From NCBI GenBank assembly GCA_035620415.1, contig DASPGV010000067.1, positions 1 to 59,035 of the forward strand: a stretch of 59,035 bases of DNA, read 5' to 3'. Under the pieces are notes generated by a model that had not been told where the DNA came from, did no database searches, and saw only the letters and a list, made by a program, of their open reading frames with translations. Numbering within the stretch: the stretch's first letter is position 1; each line of letters begins with the position of its first letter. The stretch comes from Nitrososphaera sp. (GTDB lineage Archaea > Thermoproteota > Nitrososphaeria > Nitrososphaerales > Nitrososphaeraceae). The position numbers and the translations under genes are program-made. Positions 8,630 through 16,896 of the stretch are shown in pieces.

Positions 8630-9316
8630 CTATGCCTTGTTGTCGAGAATTTTCCCTGCAGTTTTGAAAACTCGAGTCCACATCTTCCATGTCAGCTTGC
8701 CCGTGTTGGTGTTCTGTCTGCTCGGGTGGTATGAGGCGAGCAGCGTTCTGCCATTGACGTAGTAGCGCGCTCCGTGGCCAAACTCGAAGCCCCTTGCGCC
8801 GGCGGCCCTGCAATAGGCGTTAAACGCCACCCTGCCGAGCGCGAGCACCACCCTTACATTCCAGAGAAGCTGGAGCTCCGAGAAGAGATATTGGGAGCAG
8901 TTCTGCAATTCAGCCGGCAGCGGCTGGTTGCCGGGCGGCGCGCACCGGACAGCCGCGGTGATGTAAACGTCATTCAGCACCAGCCCGTCGTCTTTTGATG
9001 TGCTAGTCTGCATGCTGGCAAACCCGGCTTGATGCATCGCACGCGCGAGCCAGTCGCCCGAGCTGTCGCCGGTGAACATCCTGCCGGTCCTGTTGCCGCC
9101 GTGCGCGGCAGGCGCAAGCCCCACTATCAAAAGCCGCGCGTTCGGGTCGCCCCAGCTGGGCAGCGGCCGCGCCCAATACTCTTGATCGGCGAACCGCTTT
9201 ACTTTTTCTTGACCGACCTGCCTGATGTACCGCGACAACCTTGGGCACAGCGCGCATTTTGTTATCTGCGCGTTGAGCCTGCGCAGCTCGTCCCCGCCCA
9301 CGGTAACTCCTAGCAA
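8630..9316 (-). CDS. Uracil-DNA glycosylase, family 5 (UdgB-like, Fe-S)
   Basis: CxxCPRL, GLAPAAHGGNRTGRMFTGD, RCAPP.N.P, YHPSRQN. Confidence 0.95.
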   Translation of the reverse strand: MLGVTVGGDELRRLNAQITKCALCPRLSRYIRQVGQEKVKRFADQEYWARPLPSWGDPNARLLIVGLAPAAHGGNRTGRMFTGDSSGDWLARAMHQAGFASMQTSTSKDDGLVLNDVYITAAVRCAPPGNQPLPAELQNCSQYLFSELQLLWNVRVVLALGRVAFNAYCRAAGARGFEFGHGARYYVNGRTLLASYHPSRQNTNTGKLTWKMWTRVFKTAGKILDNKA

Positions 9317-9372
9317 CGAAGTCCATTATTAGAATAATGTTTTTATCACCCAAAGGAGCCTTCATTCAACGT

Positions 9373-9678
9373 TTGTCTACTGACATCAACGCCGGCGACG
9401 AATTGACGTGGATCGCCGGCTCGGTAGTATTGAGCGATAACCCGCCGCAGCAGCTGAAGCACTGGAGGAAAAAGTTCGGAATAAAGCAGGCAGATTTGGC
9501 CAGAAAGATGGACATCACCCCGTCCGTCCTGAGCGACTATGAAAAGGGCCGCAGGCCGTCCCCGGGGGTCATGTTCATCAGGCGCTACCTGCTCGCGCTG
9601 TACGAGCTTGGCAAGTCAAACGGCAAGGCCGAGATCGCACCGACGGCGGTCGCCAATGTGCATATAAGCCAGTCCTGA
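9373..9678 (+). CDS. XRE-family HTH protein
   Basis: LKHWRKKFGIKQADLA..M.ITPSVLSDYEKGRR.SPG. Confidence 0.9.
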   Translation: MSTDINAGDELTWIAGSVVLSDNPPQQLKHWRKKFGIKQADLARKMDITPSVLSDYEKGRRPSPGVMFIRRYLLALYELGKSNGKAEIAPTAVANVHISQS

Positions 9679-9689
9679 AGATCTACCTC

Positions 9690-9866
9690 ATGCCTCTCAT
9701 TCTAGTGTCAATGTACCCCGGCAGGAGCAAGGAGCAGAAGGATGAGTTCGCCAAGGCGATAACCGACTCAGCAGTCCAGATTCTCAAGACCAAGCCAGAG
9801 CACGTCATCGTGGTCTTTGACGAAAACCCAAAGGAGAACTGGTTCCAGTCGGGCAGGCCGCTGTAA
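9690..9866 (+). CDS. 4-oxalocrotonate tautomerase family protein (58 aa), not in ORF track
   Basis: N-terminal Pro: MPLILVSMYPGRSKEQKDEFAKAIT...KPEHVIVVFDE...NWFQSG. Confidence 0.92.
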   Translation: MPLILVSMYPGRSKEQKDEFAKAITDSAVQILKTKPEHVIVVFDENPKENWFQSGRPL

Positions 9867-9899
9867 TTGGAAAAATAAAAATTGACAATAGCGCCGGTG

Positions 9900-10145
9900 A
9901 TGCACGTGGCTTATGATCCGAACGACCCCGAGCTCAGGTTCATGGCAAGCGGGATAATCAACGCGGTAAAGAAGTATTCCATTCCCTACGAGCGGCTGAG
10001 GGGGCAAGAGATCTGGGAGGAGCTCCAGAGGAAGGGATACAAATTCCCGGTGAGCGGCAGGCGGATCGACTTCCTCTATGAGTCGGCCCGGTGGTTCGAC
10101 GCGCTAGACCTCGCGATAAAGCAGCTGAAAAGAGAAGCTTTATGA
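9900..10145 (+). CDS. Hypothetical protein
   Basis: Clean ORF with host codon usage between co-oriented genes. Confidence 0.7.
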   Translation: MHVAYDPNDPELRFMASGIINAVKKYSIPYERLRGQEIWEELQRKGYKFPVSGRRIDFLYESARWFDALDLAIKQLKREAL

Positions 10146-10168
10146 CTTTAACAGCATACTAGATAGCA

Positions 10169-10669
10169 ATGGATGTTTTCGACGGCATAGCGACAAGACT
10201 CGACGTAAGGGAGTTCAGCCCACAGCAAGTTCCTTCTGAAGTAAAGCAGAGCGTCCTTGAAGCCGCCAGGATGACTGGCACCGGCCTTAACACGCAGCAC
10301 TGGCGGTTCATCCTTGTGGAGGGCAGGGAAAACCTGAAAAAGCTTGCAGAGGACAGCACGAGCGGCGGCTGGGTTGCCGGCGCAAATTTCGCGATAATTG
10401 TGTTGACGAACCCGAAGTACAACTTCCACATGATCGACGCCGGGAGGGTGGCGCAGAACATGCAATTGGCAGCCTGGAACCGGGGAGTGGCCTCCTGCCT
10501 GTTCACGGGCGTTAGAGAGAACCTCCGCAGCGACTTTGGGATCCCAAAAGAGCTGAACATCACTATAGTCGTAGGCTTTGGCTATCCTGCTAGGAAACTT
10601 GCAGGCAGGAAGAGCCGCGTGCCCCTCGAAGAGCTGGTCTACTACGGCCGGTACGGCGCCACGGCGTAG
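10169..10669 (+). CDS. Nitroreductase family protein
   Basis: R..VREF, N.Q.WRFI, DAG...QNMQLAA...GV.SC, GFGYP. Confidence 0.92.
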   Translation: MDVFDGIATRLDVREFSPQQVPSEVKQSVLEAARMTGTGLNTQHWRFILVEGRENLKKLAEDSTSGGWVAGANFAIIVLTNPKYNFHMIDAGRVAQNMQLAAWNRGVASCLFTGVRENLRSDFGIPKELNITIVVGFGYPARKLAGRKSRVPLEELVYYGRYGATA

Positions 10670-10707
10670 CAAACTATTTTTAATTTGGGCGTCTTCCTCT
10701 GCACTGC

Positions 10708-11514
10708 TTGAAGAGAATAGCCCTTGTGCAGATGCGCTCGTCGGAGGACAAGCAGGAGAACCTGAAGAAGTCGGTCGACTATATCGTTGAAGCCGCGGGC
10801 AGGAGCGCGGAGCTCGTCTGCTTTCCCGAGTTCCAGATGGCGTTTTCGCCCGGGACCCAGTCCGCGGCGCAGCTTGCTGCAATAGCAGAAACCGTTAAGG
10901 GGAGCTTTGTTTCTACGCTTGCAGCTGCTGCAAAGAAAAATAAAATCGGCGTAGTCGCCGCGATCTATGAAAAGAGCGGCAGGAAAAACCGCGTCTACGA
11001 CACGGCAGTGATGATAAGCCCCGCCGGAAAAGTGTCGGTGGCCTATCGCAAGCTGCACCTCTACAACGCGCTCGGGTTCAAAGAGTCTGCCAAGCTGGTG
11101 CCAGGAAAAAGCATCGTCAGGCCGGCAAGGACAAGAGCCGGCAGCGTCGGGCTCTTGATCTGCTATGATCTCCGGTTCCCGGAACTGTCAAGGATACTCA
11201 CGGTTAAAGGCGCGGACGTGCTGGTTGCGCCTTCCGCGTGGGTCGCCGGCGAAATGAAGGAGGAGCACTGGCAGACGATGGTGAAGGCGAGGGCCATTGA
11301 GAACGGCTCGTACGTGATAGCGCCGGCTCAGGTGGGCAACATCTACTGCGGAAGGAGCATGGCAGTCGACCCGTTTGGCGTGGTGCTTGTGGACATGGGC
11401 CAGCGTGAGGGGGTCGAAGCGGTAGACATCGACAGCTCGCGAGTGCAAAACGTCAGGAAATCGTTGCCATTGCTAAAGAACCGCAGGACTGATGTCTACA
11501 GGCTCAGCACGTGA
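10708..11514 (+). CDS. Carbon-nitrogen hydrolase (Nit1/nitrilase family)
   Basis: Catalytic triad FPE, YRKLHL, ICYDLRFPE; ARAIEN. Confidence 0.95.
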   Translation: MKRIALVQMRSSEDKQENLKKSVDYIVEAAGRSAELVCFPEFQMAFSPGTQSAAQLAAIAETVKGSFVSTLAAAAKKNKIGVVAAIYEKSGRKNRVYDTAVMISPAGKVSVAYRKLHLYNALGFKESAKLVPGKSIVRPARTRAGSVGLLICYDLRFPELSRILTVKGADVLVAPSAWVAGEMKEEHWQTMVKARAIENGSYVIAPAQVGNIYCGRSMAVDPFGVVLVDMGQREGVEAVDIDSSRVQNVRKSLPLLKNRRTDVYRLST

Positions 11515-11638
11515 GCGCAAGATAATGGTCGTTGTGAGAAGTCTTCCACTCGATCTTGCACTCATGCTTGTCGACGGGGCACGGGAAACTCTCCCTGCAG
11601 TATTCACACATGTGCGAATGATCGCTATAGACCATCAT
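11504..11638 (-). CDS. Small Cys/His-rich putative metal-binding protein (44 aa), not in ORF track
   Basis: MMVYSDHSHMCEYCRESFPCPVDKHECKIEWKTSHNDHYLALTC. Confidence 0.6.
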   Translation of the reverse strand: MMVYSDHSHMCEYCRESFPCPVDKHECKIEWKTSHNDHYLALTC

Positions 11639-11707
11639 CAATTGTAATAGCAGGAGGTTTTCTTATTAGATTAATGCAAGGCTTCTAGCGAAGCTTCCTA
11701 TAGAAGA

Positions 11708-13747
11708 TCATTTCTTTCTGGCGGGGCACTGCATGTTGATGCAAATTTTCCACGGTTTTGCACGCCTTGCGAAAATTATTCCAACAACTGGCCAGCCGCA
11801 TTCGGGACACGCCTTGCCCGTCGTCCTTATCAGCCCTTTCTGCGGCAGGGGCGCCGTCGCCTTGCAGCCGCCGGAATAGTTCGAGCAGCCGACGAACCTC
11901 TTTTTAGTCTTATACGATTTTATCATTCGGAGCTGCCCCTTCTTGCATACGGGGCACGGGCCTACCGTGGCTGCCTGCGCGCTGTCCGCGGCGGCCGCGT
12001 CGCCTATCTTCGCGCCAATATCCGGCTCTTTTTCCATGAAAGCCGCCAGCGACTCGATCAATTTGTCTACCGCCTTCTCTATCACCGAAACGCCGTCGGC
12101 AGAGCCCTGCTCCACCAATTCGAGCTGCTCCTCCATCGATCTCGTCATGTCCGTTGAGATTATGGCCGGCACGAACGCTCTCATGGAATCGATCACAGCA
12201 AAGCCAAGGCCGGTTACTTCCATGCCTGCCTTTCCCGAAGCGATGTAGCCGCGCTTGAACAGCGTGGCAATGATGTCTGCCCTCGTGGCCTTGGTTCCTA
12301 TCTTTTCCTGCTCCATCTTGGCCAAGAGGCTTGCTTGGTTGTAGCGGTGCGGCGGCTGCGTGAATTTCTCCTCCATGTCCACTCCCAGATTCTTCACAAG
12401 GTCGCCTCTGCGCAGCTCCGGCAGCTCCAGCCGCTCTAGGCTGACATAGGGCTTGTAAAATATCATCCAGCCTTCGTACACCGGCGACCTGCCTTCCGCC
12501 TTGAAGACGTGGCCGTTCACGTCGATTGCAACGTCGGTGCGCCGGCTGACGGCCGGGTCGCCAAACGTCGCAAGGAACCTCTTTACTATCAGGTCGTAGA
12601 CCTTGAATTCAAGGCCGCCCAGCTTTCCCGGCGCGACGCCGGTGGGGTAGATTGCGGGGTGCGCCGGGTCTGTCATATGCCCTTCGTTTGGTACAAGGCG
12701 ATCCTTTGACAGCAGAGTCGACGCGAGCTGGCCGTAGCTCCAGATTTTTCCAAGCCGGCAAATTATCTTGCCGTACCCAATGGACGGCGGCAGCTTTTGG
12801 CTTGAGGTGCGCGGATACGAGACCAGCGCCCGCAGATAGAGCTTCTCCGCTATCGCAAGCGTGTAGCCGGGGCCGAGCCTGAACAGCCTGTACGCTTCGC
12901 GCTGGAGGTCGCCGATGTTGAAGGGGGCCGGCGGCGTCCACACAACCTTGCTGTCGGCAGCTTCGCTCACAGTCCCTTCCCTTCCGACGCACGCATCAAC
13001 TATCGACCGGGCTTGTGCAAGCGTCCCAATCTTTGGTTTCTCGTAATGCGCGGAAAATGGTTGATCGTCTTTTTCAAACTGCGCGGCGACGGTCCAGTAA
13101 GGCTCAGGCACATGGAGCCTGATCTCGAGCTCCCTGTCAGCCGCAAACGCGAGCGTCGGCCCCTGCACTCTCCCTATGGAGAGGTTGCGGTACCGGTTCG
13201 CGGTCTTGAGCGAGCCGGCGAGCGCCCTTGACAGGTTAACCCCATAAATGAAATCGAGCATGTGGCGCGACCTTCCGGCCTCTGCAAGGCCGCTGCTCGG
13301 TTTTTCCAAATTGGCAAACGACTCCCTTATCTCCTCGTCCGTGAGCGTCGAGAATTTCGCCCTGAGTGCCTTTTCATACTTGTTGCCGCACGCGTACTGC
13401 AGGATGCTGTGGCCTATCACCTCTCCCTCTTGGTCGTAGTCGCAGGCGTGCACAAACGCCGACGTGTCCTTTGCCAGATCAGAGATCACCCTGATCACCC
13501 TGGCTGCCCTCGGGTTCTTGGCTACAGGCGCCCATTCAAGGTCAAGCACCGGATACACGCTCCTGTTCTTTGCCATGTCGACGAGGCCGTAGAGGTGCCC
13601 GAGCGCGGAGCAGACCTTGTAATGGCAATCATTGTGCGTCACGTCGAAAACAGAAATCCCTGCCGGCCTTGACTCCTTGGGGTCGCCGAGCGCCTGCGCT
13701 ATCCTCCTCGCGGCATCAGGCTTTTCGCAGACGACGAGCGTGTACAT
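11708..13747 (-). CDS. topA: Type IA DNA topoisomerase
   Basis: TOPRIM EKP and DYDQEGE, GRVQGPTL, catalytic SYPRT, AHPAIYPT, GTKATR, C-terminal Zn ribbons. Confidence 0.97.
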   Translation of the reverse strand: MYTLVVCEKPDAARRIAQALGDPKESRPAGISVFDVTHNDCHYKVCSALGHLYGLVDMAKNRSVYPVLDLEWAPVAKNPRAARVIRVISDLAKDTSAFVHACDYDQEGEVIGHSILQYACGNKYEKALRAKFSTLTDEEIRESFANLEKPSSGLAEAGRSRHMLDFIYGVNLSRALAGSLKTANRYRNLSIGRVQGPTLAFAADRELEIRLHVPEPYWTVAAQFEKDDQPFSAHYEKPKIGTLAQARSIVDACVGREGTVSEAADSKVVWTPPAPFNIGDLQREAYRLFRLGPGYTLAIAEKLYLRALVSYPRTSSQKLPPSIGYGKIICRLGKIWSYGQLASTLLSKDRLVPNEGHMTDPAHPAIYPTGVAPGKLGGLEFKVYDLIVKRFLATFGDPAVSRRTDVAIDVNGHVFKAEGRSPVYEGWMIFYKPYVSLERLELPELRRGDLVKNLGVDMEEKFTQPPHRYNQASLLAKMEQEKIGTKATRADIIATLFKRGYIASGKAGMEVTGLGFAVIDSMRAFVPAIISTDMTRSMEEQLELVEQGSADGVSVIEKAVDKLIESLAAFMEKEPDIGAKIGDAAAADSAQAATVGPCPVCKKGQLRMIKSYKTKKRFVGCSNYSGGCKATAPLPQKGLIRTTGKACPECGWPVVGIIFARRAKPWKICINMQCPARKK

Positions 13748-14046
13748 CGGTCAGGCGATCTTGGCTAAACTGAACATATTAATCCGATCCCGCTTTTGGC
13801 TCTGCCTGCAGTTATATGCCAGACAAAAGAATTTTCTGCTTATCTATAGGAATGATGATCATGCAAATTCCAAACTAAGAGCAGGTATGACTGCACCTAA
13901 AATGATCAGGCCATACGCCGCTACGTTCAGCTTGCTCGTATGGATATATTCCACCTCCGATTATTTCAACAAATACACATAGCCCCTGATTCTTCTGTTG
14001 CAACTGTAATCAAGCTATTTATAATGCAAAAAGCCACTTTTTACAG

Positions 14047-15216
14047 ATGACAAACACCAAAGTCTGCGTTCTTGGTGCCGGCAGCACGAAATACGGCAAG
14101 CTGAACGAAAGCATAATCGAGATTGCGCTAAATGCGGCCAAGGATGCAATCTATTCGGCCGGGATCACCCCGAAGGATATCCAGGCAGGCTACATTTCAA
14201 ACGTGTTTGGCGTCGCGGACAAGCAGGTCCACATGGCGCCAGTCATCATGAGCAACCTTGGCATTTCACACGTCCCCGGGCTCACAATCGAATCTGCGTG
14301 CGGCTCTGGCTCGGTAATGTTCAGGGAAGCCTACGCGAACGTGGCTGCAGGCTTTTACGACTGCGTCCTTGCGCTCGGAGTCGAAAAGGTGACGCACACC
14401 GGCACGGTGCACAGCACGACTTTGTTTTCATACTGCTCTGACTTTTTCTACGAAGGCGGCAATGGCGCGTCCTTCCCTGGACTGTTCGCCGCGATGGCGC
14501 GCGCCTACATGCACACGCACAAGGCCACCGAAGAAGATCTCGCCAACGTGGCGGTCAAGAACCACGAAAACGGCTTCCTGAACCCGAAGGCGCACGTGCG
14601 CAAAAAGATCACCGTTGACGACGTGCTAAAGTCGCCGGTGGTCGCGTCGCCATTGAAGATGCTCGACTGCTGCCCCTTCTCGGACGGCGCTTCGGCTGCC
14701 ATAGTCTGCAGCGAAGAGTTTGCCAAAAAGAGCGGCAGGCCATACATGGAGATAATCGGATCCGGCAGGGGCGCTTCGCCTGCAGCAGTTCAGGGCAGGG
14801 AGGACATCACAACGATCCCGAGTACCGTCGCAGCTGCAAGGCAGGCCTACAAGATGGCCGGCCTGACTCCAAAGGACATCAACTTTGCAGAGGTGCACGA
14901 CTGCTTTACGATCGCAGAGATAATCGACGTCGAGGATCTCGGGTTCTTCCCCAAGGGCAAGGCCGCCCACGCCGTCAGGGACGGTGCGACGCGCCTTTCA
15001 GGCCAGATCCCGATAAACCCGTCAGGGGGATTAAAGTCAAAGGGCCACCCGATCGGCGCGACGGGAGTCGGCCAGGTGGTGGAGGTTTTTGACCAGTTCA
15101 CCGGCAGGGCCGGCGAGCGCACCATTCCAAACGCCGAGATCGCGCTAACTCACAACTTTGGGGCCACCGGCGCCAGCGCCGCGGTCCACATATTCAGAAA
15201 AGTCGACAGGAAATGA
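14047..15216 (+). CDS. Acetyl-CoA acetyltransferase (archaeal thiolase)
   Basis: ESACGSG, EVHDCF, NPSGGLKSKGHPIGATG. Confidence 0.96.
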   Translation: MTNTKVCVLGAGSTKYGKLNESIIEIALNAAKDAIYSAGITPKDIQAGYISNVFGVADKQVHMAPVIMSNLGISHVPGLTIESACGSGSVMFREAYANVAAGFYDCVLALGVEKVTHTGTVHSTTLFSYCSDFFYEGGNGASFPGLFAAMARAYMHTHKATEEDLANVAVKNHENGFLNPKAHVRKKITVDDVLKSPVVASPLKMLDCCPFSDGASAAIVCSEEFAKKSGRPYMEIIGSGRGASPAAVQGREDITTIPSTVAAARQAYKMAGLTPKDINFAEVHDCFTIAEIIDVEDLGFFPKGKAAHAVRDGATRLSGQIPINPSGGLKSKGHPIGATGVGQVVEVFDQFTGRAGERTIPNAEIALTHNFGATGASAAVHIFRKVDRK

Positions 15217-15602
15217 TGGAGAAATTGTCGGCGCAGGAAAGCACGCACCAAAAATTCATAGAAGCGGCGAACAGGAAAAAGATTCTGGCGCACAAGTGCA
15301 CCAAGTGCGGCCACCTGATGCTGGAGACGGTTCTGTTCTGCGAAAAGTGCTCGGCAAGCAAGTTCGAGCACGTAGAGCTTGAAGGCGCCGGCACGGTGGT
15401 GACGTACACCATACAGGCCGTCGCGCCGGAGGGATTTGAAGACGCGGGATCATACGCGTGGGTCGTGTTCAACGTCGACGGATCGCAATTGAGGGCGTCA
15501 GGGTTCCTGCCCGGCGTCAAGACCCCGGCGGACCTGCCGATAGGCACTAGGATGAGGGTGGCCGGTTACGACCAAAAGCACGGCCTCATGCTCCAGAAGT
15601 AG
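15213..15602 (+). CDS. DUF35 Zn-ribbon/OB-fold thiolase partner
   Basis: CTKCG......FCEKC followed by OB fold; ATGA overlap with thiolase. Confidence 0.93.
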   Translation: MMEKLSAQESTHQKFIEAANRKKILAHKCTKCGHLMLETVLFCEKCSASKFEHVELEGAGTVVTYTIQAVAPEGFEDAGSYAWVVFNVDGSQLRASGFLPGVKTPADLPIGTRMRVAGYDQKHGLMLQK

Positions 15603-15661
15603 TGTATGTAATCCAGCATTCCTAGCTTTTTCTTATATCCACCACCCACATCTTTATTTCC

Positions 15662-15841
15662 ATGTACATGTTCGAGTCCAAGGTGTACGAATGCCAGTCG
15701 TGCAGCCAGTTCTTCTTCTTCAAGCTGGACGCCGACGACCACACCAGCAGGACAGGGCACTCGAACTTCAAGGTGACTGACTGGACTTCGCCGGCGCAGC
15801 CGTCGCCCAGAATCAACAGGAAGGGCAAGTCGCCGATCTAG
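15662..15841 (+). CDS. Small C2H2 Zn-finger protein (59 aa), not in ORF track
   Basis: MYMFESKVYECQSCSQFFFFKLDADDHTSRTGHSNF... Confidence 0.8.
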   Translation: MYMFESKVYECQSCSQFFFFKLDADDHTSRTGHSNFKVTDWTSPAQPSPRINRKGKSPI

Positions 15842-15916
15842 CGTAACAACAATTGCGTGCTTTGTTAAAAACTGTCAAGGAAACTTTTCTTATCCCGGTT
15901 ATTGCTGGTTGCTGGT

Positions 15917-16081
15917 ATGCTAGCGGCGGATGTCATTTGCGGCAAGTGCGGCTCGATCGTCTACCAAATACGGATGCTGAAATCGGTGAGAGACGCGCTG
16001 CGCGCCACCAACAGCCGCTGCCCCGTGTGCGGCGCCGCGCTCAACCCCTGCGATTTCACGGTCGCAGTCACCAAGCGCTAG
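15917..16081 (+). CDS. Small Zn-ribbon protein (54 aa), not in ORF track
   Basis: MLAADVICGKCGSIVYQIRMLKSVRDALRATNSRCPVCGAALNPCDFTVAVTKR. Confidence 0.8.
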   Translation: MLAADVICGKCGSIVYQIRMLKSVRDALRATNSRCPVCGAALNPCDFTVAVTKR

Positions 16082-16191
16082 CGTCTCAATTGTTGTTACA
16101 AATCCTTGCGTAGCTCAGCTATATAGCAGCTTTTTGTACACTGCCGTCAACACCGGGAGTTTTCCAGCTTTGCCTAGCGGATTGGTAGTAG

Positions 16192-16794
16192 ATGGCAGGG
16201 GGAGACAAGCGCCAGCAATTCGTGAGTCAGATCACCACGGCGACGGGCGTAGTCTACAACCAGCTGATGCGCCTCAAGATGCTGGACAAGAAGTTCGGCT
16301 CGATGGAGCTGTACTACCTCGAACAGATAACCTCGAACATCAAGTCAGGCAACAACGCCCGGGCCAAGATCATGGCTACCGAGCTGTCTAACGTGAGACG
16401 GCTCCGCCGGACTACGCAGCACACGGGACTCGCGCTTGAGGCGGTCGTGATCCGCTTCAGCACAATAAACGAGTTTGCCGCGGTCCTCGACACCATAGAC
16501 CCGACCATCGACATGATAAAGGGCATACACACCGAGCTGAACAAGGCTATCCCGGCTGCCAGCGAGGCGCTCTCCGAGGTTTCGACTGTGACCACGGACG
16601 TGCTCCTCAAAGCAAACATCAAGGCAGACGCCAGAATCTCGACTCCGGTGGACGCAGACGCCCTCTCGATCCTCAACGAGATCGAGGACGTGCTCGAGGG
16701 CGAGGCCAAGGCCAAGCTGCCCGAGGTCCCGACCAGCATCACGTCTCAGAAAGAGGCGCCGGTCGAAGAGACAAGGGTAATGGTTGAGAGCTAG
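16192..16794 (+). CDS. ESCRT-III / CdvB paralog (Snf7 family)
   Basis: Long helical hairpin, RAKIMATELSNVRR, LALEAV..R..T, acidic C-terminus with AKLPEVP MIM2-like element. Confidence 0.85.
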   Translation: MAGGDKRQQFVSQITTATGVVYNQLMRLKMLDKKFGSMELYYLEQITSNIKSGNNARAKIMATELSNVRRLRRTTQHTGLALEAVVIRFSTINEFAAVLDTIDPTIDMIKGIHTELNKAIPAASEALSEVSTVTTDVLLKANIKADARISTPVDADALSILNEIEDVLEGEAKAKLPEVPTSITSQKEAPVEETRVMVES

Positions 16795-16896
16795 AATAAT
16801 TGACCTTTTGGTCAAGCCCACGTAGGGTGGATCGTACTGTTAGTGAAAAATATTTTACAAAGTAGTTTTAATCATTTACCTTGATAACGGGGTGCA

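Noticed and set aside
13780-13990. Short hydrophobic minus-strand frame between topA and the thiolase
   Set aside because: Interrupted by stops after about 31 codons and no recognisable family; cannot be supported
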